From Burkholderiales bacterium (GTDB taxonomy: Bacteria > Pseudomonadota > Gammaproteobacteria > Burkholderiales > SG8-39), in the NCBI GenBank assembly GCA_036374055.1, contig DASUUN010000144.1:1-42109 (forward strand): a DNA stretch of 42,109 nt, given 5' to 3'. The notes below the pieces were generated by a model. That model was given only the letters and a program-made list of their open reading frames with translations. It searched no databases and was not told where the DNA came from. Made by a program: the position numbers and the translations under genes. Shown in pieces: positions 26,075-33,707 of the stretch; within the stretch, counting starts at the first letter, position 1, and every line of letters begins with the position of its first letter.

Positions 26075-26962
26075 TCAACGTCGCGGCGGCATCGGGCTCT
26101 GGTCGCGCGGGGTGTAGACGAGCTGGAGATCGAGCTCGATGAGCCGGGCTTCGAGCGCGGAGAGATCCGGCCGGTTCTCCGGCACGCCGGTGAAGATCTT
26201 GCCGTCCGGAAAGATGGTCACCGTCTGCGTGACCGGCAGCAGCTTGCGCACGGTGGTGAGCGAAACCTGGGTGCGGTCCACGTCCGAGACGGCGAAGCGC
26301 GTCTGCTCTCCGTCCGCGTTGCCGATGAATCTGAAGATGAGGCCCAGCAGCCCCGACGTGGCGCGCCCGGTAATGCCGTACAGGTCGTCGTAGACGATGA
26401 TCCCGCCGAAGTCGAGGATGCGATAGCCGTTGAGCCGCTCGTGCGCCACCTCGACGTGCGGATCGGAAGTCTTGTCTTCGTAGAAGTAGCGCGAGGGCGA
26501 GCCGGCGGCCGGCGGCCAGCCGGCCTTGACGTTCATCGCGCGCCTGGGCACCGGGCCGCCGCGCGCGTCGGCGATCACGTTCTCCGCCCGGTGATCGATC
26601 AGGAAATCCTCGCCATGGCGGTGAGCCACCGACACGAACTTCGGCGCGGTGGCCGGCGTATGTCCCGCCACCTGCAGGAAGGCCTGGAAGTATTCCTCGT
26701 GGCCCACGCGCAGCGGCCGCCGGCTACCGTCGGCTTGCACTGCCGCGACGATCTCGAGAAACACCCCCGCCTGCAGCCTGACCGCGTTCGAAGGCGCGTC
26801 TAGCGAGTACCCCTGGCGCTTCTGCTCCTGCATCGCCTTGACGATCTCGTCCTTGGTGACTGCCCGCGCATCGTCCCAGGGCGATGCCGCCATGCAACCG
26901 GGGGCCGCGGCAGCAAGCGCCACGGCTGCCGACAGAACAAGCCGGCGCACGCCGACGCTCAT
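26075..26962 (-). CDS. Secreted protein / possible lipoprotein of unknown function (last gene of the rSAM-TIR-UbiA operon)
   Basis: ATG 26962 shares ATGA with the UbiA-2 stop. Signal MSVGVRRLVLSAAVALAAAAPGC. No family recognised. The track ORF to 27793 is an in-frame extension. Confidence 0.6.
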   Translation of the reverse strand: MSVGVRRLVLSAAVALAAAAPGCMAASPWDDARAVTKDEIVKAMQEQKRQGYSLDAPSNAVRLQAGVFLEIVAAVQADGSRRPLRVGHEEYFQAFLQVAGHTPATAPKFVSVAHRHGEDFLIDHRAENVIADARGGPVPRRAMNVKAGWPPAAGSPSRYFYEDKTSDPHVEVAHERLNGYRILDFGGIIVYDDLYGITGRATSGLLGLIFRFIGNADGEQTRFAVSDVDRTQVSLTTVRKLLPVTQTVTIFPDGKIFTGVPENRPDLSALEARLIELDLQLVYTPRDQSPMPPRR

Positions 26963-27816
26963 TTGAGGAGCCCCAGCGGCACGAAGCTCGCCACCCAGAC
27001 CAGGCGTGACAGTTTCGCGGCTCGAGCCACGGCGGCGGGTGACAGCGGCCGGCGCAGCAGGCGAATGAGGATCCCGGCCGGAAGCGCCAGCAGGGCGAGC
27101 GCGGCCACGAAATAGCTCGCCGAGGCGAGTCCGACGGCCGGCGGCACGAGCGCAAGCACGATGAAAACGGCGAGGATCGCGCGCACCAGTCGCGCGGTGC
27201 GGTCGGCGCCCAGCCGGGTGGCGGTGGTATGCAGTCCGGCGCTGCGGTCCTGATCTTCGTCCTCGAGATTGAACAGCGCCTCCTGGGCGACGATGTAGGG
27301 AAAGCTGATCGCGGCCGCGATCCATACCGCGGCGCCGGGCGGGCCCCCGGTCAGCGCGCCATAGATGAGCGCGGCCACCACCAGCAGGGCGACCGCGCCA
27401 TTGCCGAGGAGCAGGGTGTTCTTCAACCGGTACGAATACGCCCAGCTCAGGACCACGGCGCCGAGCGTGATCATGGCGAAGCCCCAGCCGAGGATCGCGC
27501 TCAGGGCGAGCGCCGCCGCCGCGAGCAAGCCGGCGAATGCCGCAGCGAAACCGCCCGATACCCGTCCGGACGGGATCGGCCGGTGGGGTTTGCCGAGCGC
27601 ATCCACGGCAAGGTCGTAGCAGTCGTTCACGACGAAGCCGAAAGCCGTGACCAGGAGCACCACGCAGGCCGCGAGGAGCGTGGGCGCGGAGACAAGCTGC
27701 GAAGGCGGCGCTGCAAGGTAGGCGCCGAGAAGCACGAACGAAGCCGCGGCGACCGGCTTCGACGGGCGCACCAGCTCGATCAGAGCCGACCACTGCCGCG
27801 TGCCGGCATGGGTCAT
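26959..27816 (-). CDS. UbiA-family prenyltransferase 2 (DGGGP-synthase / decaprenyl-phosphate PRPP-transferase-like motif pattern)
   Basis: 285 aa, polytopic. First Asp-rich motif NDCYDLAVDALGKPHRPIPSGRVS and second acidic motif NLEDEDQD. ATGA overlap with the UbiA-1 stop. Confidence 0.85.
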   Translation of the reverse strand: MTHAGTRQWSALIELVRPSKPVAAASFVLLGAYLAAPPSQLVSAPTLLAACVVLLVTAFGFVVNDCYDLAVDALGKPHRPIPSGRVSGGFAAAFAGLLAAAALALSAILGWGFAMITLGAVVLSWAYSYRLKNTLLLGNGAVALLVVAALIYGALTGGPPGAAVWIAAAISFPYIVAQEALFNLEDEDQDRSAGLHTTATRLGADRTARLVRAILAVFIVLALVPPAVGLASASYFVAALALLALPAGILIRLLRRPLSPAAVARAAKLSRLVWVASFVPLGLLK

Positions 27817-28814
27817 GAGCGCCAGCGCGTCCGGTTATAGAGGTACATCGCCAGGACCGGAAGCGCGAACGAGGCGATCATCGCCGCCGCGCCCGGCGCC
27901 TCGAGCACGGGCACGTACAGCATCGGCATGACCGCCATGCCGAGCAGGACCTGCGCCAGGCACACAGTGATCAGGCTCCTTCGGCTGCGCACGAGCCGGG
28001 TCCCGCCGAGCAGCAATAGCGCCGAGGCAGCAAGACACAGCACCACCGGCACGGCGCCCCACGGGCTGCCTGCCATCCCGGGAACCGAGCGCAGGACGGC
28101 GATCACGCACGCGAGCAGCGCGATCTGCAGCGCCAGCGCGTAGGCGAGAAGGCGCGTCGAGATGGTCACCGCATCGCCGGCGCCCGGACGCGCGCCGAGC
28201 CAGATCGCGGTGGTCCGGGCGCCCTGGGCGAAGTCATTGGCGAGGTCGCGCAACGCGCCGTGGAAGCCGTTGGCCAACAGCACGTAGATGAACACGTACG
28301 CCGTCAGCCAGAAGAGCCCCGGCGCGGCGAGCGACCCGCGCCAGAGCGCGCCCACCAGCAGCAGCGCGCACCAGCCCAGCGCCTGCAATCCGTCGGTGAG
28401 GAGCGGCCAGGCGCAGCGCTTGCCGTAGAGGTCGTAGCCCGCCAGCGCTGCAAAGGCGAGCGCCAGCATGGCGAGCGCGGCCGGCGTCGCGCCGGCATAA
28501 AGCGCGAGCGAAAAAGCGAGCGGCGGCTGCAGCAGCGCAAGCCACAGCGCGCTGCGGCGGCTCAGCGTGCCCTGCACCAGCGGCGAGTCGGCGCGCAACG
28601 GCTCGCTGCGGTCCACCCAGAGGTCCGCGACGTCGTTCAGCACGTACGCGAAAACGTGGAAGGCGAGCGCGATGAACAGCAGCGGCGCGGCGTCCCGCAG
28701 CGGCAGCTCGCCCTGCGCGCCTGCCGCGCCCACGAGCGGCAGCAGCAGCGTGAAATTCAGCGCCCAGACGCGTATGACCAGGTAGAGGCTCACGAGCCAG
28801 CGCATGCCAGCCAT
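27813..28814 (-). CDS. UbiA-family prenyltransferase 1
   Basis: Polytopic. NDVADLWVDRSEPLRADSPLVQG is the first Asp-rich motif and RDLANDFAQG the second. Start is ATG 28814 or 28805, both inside the 3' end of the TIR gene. The track ORF to 30110 is an in-frame extension. Confidence 0.8.
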   Translation of the reverse strand: MAGMRWLVSLYLVIRVWALNFTLLLPLVGAAGAQGELPLRDAAPLLFIALAFHVFAYVLNDVADLWVDRSEPLRADSPLVQGTLSRRSALWLALLQPPLAFSLALYAGATPAALAMLALAFAALAGYDLYGKRCAWPLLTDGLQALGWCALLLVGALWRGSLAAPGLFWLTAYVFIYVLLANGFHGALRDLANDFAQGARTTAIWLGARPGAGDAVTISTRLLAYALALQIALLACVIAVLRSVPGMAGSPWGAVPVVLCLAASALLLLGGTRLVRSRRSLITVCLAQVLLGMAVMPMLYVPVLEAPGAAAMIASFALPVLAMYLYNRTRWRS

Positions 28815-31800
28815 TCGTCCAGCCGGAACCGGGTCTGGCGCGCCATGCGGATCGCCTGAGCGGCATAGGCGGCGATGAACTCGCGGGTGCTGCCCGCTTC
28901 GGCCATCACCTTGAGAGGAAACACGCTGAGCCCCTCCCGCATGCCGGGGCGGAACAGGCACTGGTGGACGGCATTGTTGAAGAAGCCGAGCGTCCTCATG
29001 AACTCGTCGATCAGCGCGACGTCGGTCGTCGCCACCACCTCGCGGCGCAGCGCCTCGTCCAGCTGCTCCCGCTCCATGAAGAGGTCGACCAGATCGAAGT
29101 GCAGCGTGCGCATGGTGGCGAGCACCACGGTCAGGGCCCTGCGCAGGCCGTCGTCGGCGGCGAGCGCCGCCAGGTGCGGCCGCAGCGTGTCGAGCAGCGC
29201 GTCCGGATGGTAGAAGCCTATCGGCGCGAGCATCGACAGCAGCTGCGCGCTGCGCTCCGGCTCCCGCCCTGTGGCGGCGGCGGCGGCCAGCGCCTCGAAT
29301 AACGGCATGCCCTTCCCCTGCTTGCCGTACGCAAGACCGAGCGGCACCAGCAGGAGCTGCGCGACCTTCGGCGGCCGCGCCTCCCCCACCTGGAAGCGCT
29401 CCTCCAGGCAGCGGCGCGTCATGTCCTCGAGCATGCCCGTCCAGGCAGGCGGCGTGCGGCGCAGCAGCACCGCGAAGGACATGAGCAGCCAGATGCGCCC
29501 CCGGCTGTCGAGGGCGTCGAACATGCTCCGCAGGCGCGGCTCGTGGCGCGGGAAGTCCCGGTACGCGTGGACCGCCACGGCAAGCGCAGCGGCGCCGCAA
29601 TACACGTCGACCCCGGAGCGGAAAGCGCCCGAGACGAGGGCCTCGTCGGCGAGCAGGTCGGTCCCGGGATCGAGCAGCGCAGCGATCCGCGCAAGCACCG
29701 AGCGCTCCTGCGCCGGAATGCGGAAGAACGCCGCCGCCTCCTCGGGCGTGGTCTGCAGCATCCACTCGAGGATCGGCCGGGCGAACACCGCCGCCACCCC
29801 GCTCGCCACGACCTTGTCGACGTGGCGGCCGAGGTTCATCCGATCCAGGTGCAGGCCGTTGACCGCGAGATCGTGGAACACCTCCGCGGTCTGCGCCGCG
29901 ACCTCCTCGCTGTCGCAGTGGTTGATGTACATCGTGATGCACCAGTCGAGGACGAAGCGCATGATGCGCCAGAGCTCCAGCGGCCGGCGCCAGCTCATGC
30001 GTTCCACCAGGAACTTCACCAGCTCGTGGGTGAACTTCGGCGCATGCCGCCACACGGAGTAGAGAGTGGCGGCGGCGTGCCGCGGCTGCACCTCGGCGCT
30101 GCCTATCCATATGACGTACAGGGAGTCGCGCACCGCCCGCCGCAGCGCGTCGGAGCTGCTCAGCGCGCCGCGCAGGATCAGCTCGCGGGCGGGAGGTCCG
30201 ATGCGGAACGCGGCGCGCAACGCCGTGCGCTGCCGCTGGGCCGAGCCGCTGTCGAGGAGCGCCTTGAGAATCTGCGCGGCGCGCTCGCGCTTCACTTCGT
30301 CCAGCCTCACCAGGCTGTCGCTCGCGAGCTCGCGCAGCGCCGCCTCGGGCGCGCCCGCGAGCTGCAGGTACAGCTCGAGCGAGCCCTTGTCGGACAGGCT
30401 CTTCATCACGAGCAGCGTGACCGCGGCATCCCAGGCCAGCGGGAAGCGGCCGGACTTGTGCACCAGCTCCGCGAGGAGGGCTTGCGCCGGCTCCCTGCGT
30501 TGCGCGAGCGAAGTCGCGAGCGCGTAGGCACCCACGAGCGGATAGGCGAACTTGAGCAGATCCTGGGTAAAGAGGCCCTCGCCTTTGACCTCGAGAAGCA
30601 CGCCCTGGTCGAGCAGGCGCGCATAGCTTGCGTCGGGCTGGGCCGCGTTGATGGCCGGACCGAGCACCGGATGATCGAACAGGCTCGCCACCGGCAGGGC
30701 GGCGTCTTCACGCTCGTACATCGCCTGGACCAGTGCCTGGACGAACCGTTCGTCCTCGGGGCGCTGCAGGCGCTGCTCGTAATAGCGCCGGAAGACCAGC
30801 GTATCGGGGCGTGGCAATACCCGCTGCCCGGCGCCGGGCCGATACGCGTCGGCCAGCAGGCGCAGAATCAGCGGCGAGCGCAGGCGGACGGCGAGCGTCG
30901 GCGGCAGCTCCGGCAGCGCGAACGGCAGCTCGAAGCGCGCGCGGTAGCGCTCGAACGCGGCGGCGGCCTCCTCCTCGGTAAAGGCGCCGAGCACGAGCGG
31001 CTCGCCGCCGCGGTGATAGCGCTCGCCGCTCATGGCGGGCCGGCCGACGCGGTCCAGCCGTTTCCAGGCCGGCGTGCTGCAGGTCAGGACCAGGCGCACA
31101 TTCTTTCCAGGCAGCCGGGAGACCAGCTTGTCGACGCACAGCAGCAGCTGCCTTTGCCCGTCACCGTTGCCGCCGCGGAAGTCGTTCAGGGCATCGATGA
31201 CGATGAGCACGCGCAGGCCGCCGCGGCCGGCCAGCTCGTCGAGGTAGTCGAGCGCGGGCCACAGGGCGGTCGGGTCGCCGAGGTTCAGGTCCTTCCGCAA
31301 CTCGCTCTCCATGTCGGCCGTGGTCAGCCGCTCGCCCGCGAACATGAAAACGGCATGCCGCCTGGCGGCCTGCGCCGCGGACCAATGGCACAGCAGGCTG
31401 GTCTTGCCCATGCCCATGTCGCCGAGGACCACCAGGGCCCGGGCGTCGCCCGCGAGAAACTCGTCGAGCTCGCGCTCCTCCGCGGCCCGGCTCACGTACA
31501 GCGCCGGCTCATAGACGGCGACCGCGCCCGGCCTGGGCGCGAGCGACTCGAGGAACCTCGAGCGCTGGCGCTCCGCCATGGCCGCCACATCCTCCCAGCT
31601 CGCCTGGCGGCGCAGCAGCGCCGCCTCCATGGACCGCACGCCGACGTCCTGCGGCAGGCTGCTGCGGGTGCGCTCCGGAAGGTCGTCCAGCCTCACGCCC
31701 CTGCCCTTCTCGATCCTGCGCAGCAGCTCGGCCAGGCTCGACTCGTAGAGCGCGGGATCCGTGAAATCGAGGTAGTGCCTTGCCTCGAGGTCCAGCGGAC

Positions 31801-32089
31801 GGTCGGCATCCTTCTGCACCAGCAGGGGCACCACGTACTTCTCCTTGCGCAAGGCGCGCTGCAGCTCGGCCCGACAGATGCGCGAGCCGTACGCCTCCTT
31901 CGTCAGCAGCGCGACCAGGCCGTCGCAGCGGTCGATGGCGCGCTCGATCTCGCGCGACCAGTCATCGCCTCCTTCGATCTCCGCCCGGTCCCTCCACGGC
32001 TCGTGCCGGCGATCGCGCAAGTCCGCTTCCAGCCGCTCGGCCAGCGCCGCGCCGTCGCGCCGTGCGTACGAAATGAACAGGCTAGCCAA
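28790..32089 (-). CDS. TIR domain - STAND P-loop NTPase (NACHT-like) - alpha-helical (HEAT/ARM-like) repeat protein, 1099 aa
   Basis: N-terminal bacterial TIR: SLFISYARRDG...DGLVALLTKEAYGSRICRAELQ, with a putative catalytic Glu75. Walker A GDMGMGKT at 31423-31400 and Walker B LRVLIVIDALND. The Leu/Ala-rich helical C-terminus is about 750 aa. TTG start with GAGGGAG upstream. Confidence 0.85.
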   Translation of the reverse strand: MASLFISYARRDGAALAERLEADLRDRRHEPWRDRAEIEGGDDWSREIERAIDRCDGLVALLTKEAYGSRICRAELQRALRKEKYVVPLLVQKDADRPLDLEARHYLDFTDPALYESSLAELLRRIEKGRGVRLDDLPERTRSSLPQDVGVRSMEAALLRRQASWEDVAAMAERQRSRFLESLAPRPGAVAVYEPALYVSRAAEERELDEFLAGDARALVVLGDMGMGKTSLLCHWSAAQAARRHAVFMFAGERLTTADMESELRKDLNLGDPTALWPALDYLDELAGRGGLRVLIVIDALNDFRGGNGDGQRQLLLCVDKLVSRLPGKNVRLVLTCSTPAWKRLDRVGRPAMSGERYHRGGEPLVLGAFTEEEAAAAFERYRARFELPFALPELPPTLAVRLRSPLILRLLADAYRPGAGQRVLPRPDTLVFRRYYEQRLQRPEDERFVQALVQAMYEREDAALPVASLFDHPVLGPAINAAQPDASYARLLDQGVLLEVKGEGLFTQDLLKFAYPLVGAYALATSLAQRREPAQALLAELVHKSGRFPLAWDAAVTLLVMKSLSDKGSLELYLQLAGAPEAALRELASDSLVRLDEVKRERAAQILKALLDSGSAQRQRTALRAAFRIGPPARELILRGALSSSDALRRAVRDSLYVIWIGSAEVQPRHAAATLYSVWRHAPKFTHELVKFLVERMSWRRPLELWRIMRFVLDWCITMYINHCDSEEVAAQTAEVFHDLAVNGLHLDRMNLGRHVDKVVASGVAAVFARPILEWMLQTTPEEAAAFFRIPAQERSVLARIAALLDPGTDLLADEALVSGAFRSGVDVYCGAAALAVAVHAYRDFPRHEPRLRSMFDALDSRGRIWLLMSFAVLLRRTPPAWTGMLEDMTRRCLEERFQVGEARPPKVAQLLLVPLGLAYGKQGKGMPLFEALAAAAATGREPERSAQLLSMLAPIGFYHPDALLDTLRPHLAALAADDGLRRALTVVLATMRTLHFDLVDLFMEREQLDEALRREVVATTDVALIDEFMRTLGFFNNAVHQCLFRPGMREGLSVFPLKVMAEAGSTREFIAAYAAQAIRMARQTRFRLDEWLACAGS

Positions 32090-33611
32090 ACGCCGGCTCC
32101 CTCGTCGGCTGCGCCAGCTCGCTCACGTCCTCGGCGATCCGCCCCCGGGCGTCGGTCAGCAGGGTCGGCGTGAAATGCCGCTCGTATCGGGCATCGACGC
32201 GGAACGCGGGCCGATAGACCGCGTCCAGCGCTTCGGTTCCCGCCACGTGCGTGCGGCGCGCGCGCGCCGCCCACAGCCTTCGCGCCGAAGGCGCGGTGAA
32301 CAGCGCGGGCGCGCACAGCAAGACCGCCCCGCTCAGTGCGATGAGCATCTGCGTCCGGTTCAGATGCTTGCGGTAGCGGCGGAAGAAGCGCGCGGAATGC
32401 GCCAGCACGCGCCGGCGGTAGCCGCGCAGGCACTGCAGCCCGCGGACGAACTCCGCGGCCTCGCCGAGCGCACCGAAAGGCTGCAGGCTGATCGTCGTGC
32501 CGTCCATGTCGCGAAGCGAAGTGTTGGGCAGCAACGTCCCGCCCGCCAGCGACTCCCGGAAGAAGGGCGTGCCGAGCATCGGAATGGGGATGGAGATGTA
32601 GCTCGGCAGAGTGATCTCGGCGGTGGAAGCGATGATCTCCAGCTCGGCGCGCAGGTCGGCCAGCCGGCGCTTGCCGATGTCGAACATCATGCCGTAGGTA
32701 AGCGCGATGCCGGAATCCAGGCAGCGGCGAATCAGCTCGACGGGCTGCAGCCGGGTGTTCTGGCCCTTGTTGAAGCGGCGCAGCCACTGCGTGTCGAACG
32801 ATTCCACGCCGGTAAAGAGCGCTTCGCAGCCCGCGTCCTTCGCGAGCGCGAGATTCTCCTCCTTCAGGAAGAAGTCGCCCGTGACGAGCGCCGCCCACCC
32901 CCGCAACAGCTTCTGCTCCCTGAGCTCCTTCAGCAGCCCGAGCCTGGCGATGAAGTAGTCCCGGTCGTTGCCGTAGAAATTGTTGTCGAGGAATACGACC
33001 ATTTGCCTCGGTCCTTGCGCCACGATCTGGCGCCGGATGTCGTCGAGCGCGTACTTGCCGTAGGGCTGCCGTTGCGCGGTGAGCGTGCAGAAGGAGCAGC
33101 GGAAATTGCAGTTGCGGCTGCTTTCGGCGTACCCGACGCGCCCGATCCAGGGCGCGAGATCGAAGCGCGGCCGCAGGTGGGCGGCCGCGAAGCCTTCGCC
33201 GAACGCATCGCGCACCACTTCGCGAAGCTGCTCCACGTCGCCGGAGCAGCAATAATCGAAGAACCGCGCGCATAGGGCAGGCAGCACGCGAACCAGCGGC
33301 CCGCCGGCCACGACGATGACCCGGGGATTCCTGGTCCGTGCGTAGGCCGTCACGTGCAGCATGCGATCGAACGCCGTATTCATGCCGGTGAGCACCAGCA
33401 TGTCGGGCCAGCCGAGCAGCCCCTCGTCCTCCAGCGGCCCGCTGTAGAGCTCGCTGTACACCTTGACATCCCAGCGCTCCGCCGGGAACGCGCCGGCCAG
33501 CCAGACCGGCGCCATGGCCTGCGGAATCTTGTGGGTGCGCGCGATCGACAAGCGTGTTTCGTCGAAGTAGCAATTGACGATCAGAGCACGCTTGCGCTCA
33601 CCGGCGCCCAC
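32082..33611 (-). CDS. B12-binding-domain radical SAM protein (class B rSAM-like)
   Basis: The N-terminal Rossmann-like cobalamin-binding-type region (ALIVNCYFDE...MLVLTGMNTAF...VIVVAGGP) precedes CNFRCSFC (CX3CX2C, 33110-33087). GTG start with GAGGA upstream. Its stop overlaps the TIR gene's start. Confidence 0.8.
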   Translation of the reverse strand: MGAGERKRALIVNCYFDETRLSIARTHKIPQAMAPVWLAGAFPAERWDVKVYSELYSGPLEDEGLLGWPDMLVLTGMNTAFDRMLHVTAYARTRNPRVIVVAGGPLVRVLPALCARFFDYCCSGDVEQLREVVRDAFGEGFAAAHLRPRFDLAPWIGRVGYAESSRNCNFRCSFCTLTAQRQPYGKYALDDIRRQIVAQGPRQMVVFLDNNFYGNDRDYFIARLGLLKELREQKLLRGWAALVTGDFFLKEENLALAKDAGCEALFTGVESFDTQWLRRFNKGQNTRLQPVELIRRCLDSGIALTYGMMFDIGKRRLADLRAELEIIASTAEITLPSYISIPIPMLGTPFFRESLAGGTLLPNTSLRDMDGTTISLQPFGALGEAAEFVRGLQCLRGYRRRVLAHSARFFRRYRKHLNRTQMLIALSGAVLLCAPALFTAPSARRLWAARARRTHVAGTEALDAVYRPAFRVDARYERHFTPTLLTDARGRIAEDVSELAQPTREPAFG

Positions 33612-33629
33612 ATCATCCTCCCGGCGCGA

Positions 33630-33693
33630 TTATCCGCCAATCCGCACGCCAGGCTGTCTCATTCGAGCTTTATCCGTTAGTCCGTGGTCCGTG
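33630..33693. promoter_or_regulatory. Candidate operator repeats in the 96-bp divergent region between the rSAM operon and the TauD-like gene
   Basis: TTATCCGCCAATCCG (33630-33644) and TTATCCGTTAGTCCG (33670-33684) match at 12 of 15 positions and lie exactly 40 bp apart. A tandem GTCCGTG GTCCGTG sits at 33680-33693. Confidence 0.3.
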
Positions 33694-33707
33694 GTGAAAT
33701 AGCGCGC

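Noticed and set aside
29543-32173. 876-aa plus-strand ORF antisense to the TIR-STAND gene. Similar long antisense ORFs occur at 285..1199, 5589..7079, 13426..15327, 18729..19949, 21997..23052, 31903..33573 and 38122..39321.
   Set aside because: These are shadow ORFs, expected in ~70% GC DNA. Their translations are Arg/Ala/Gly/Pro-rich low-complexity strings without motifs. The opposite strand carries clear family signatures, start/stop coupling and G/C third-position bias.
33612-33707. Cobalamin riboswitch upstream of the B12-type radical SAM gene.
   Set aside because: The leader space is at most 96 nt and is shared with a divergent promoter. That is too short for a ~200-nt cobalamin riboswitch, and I could not see a B12-box-like sequence.
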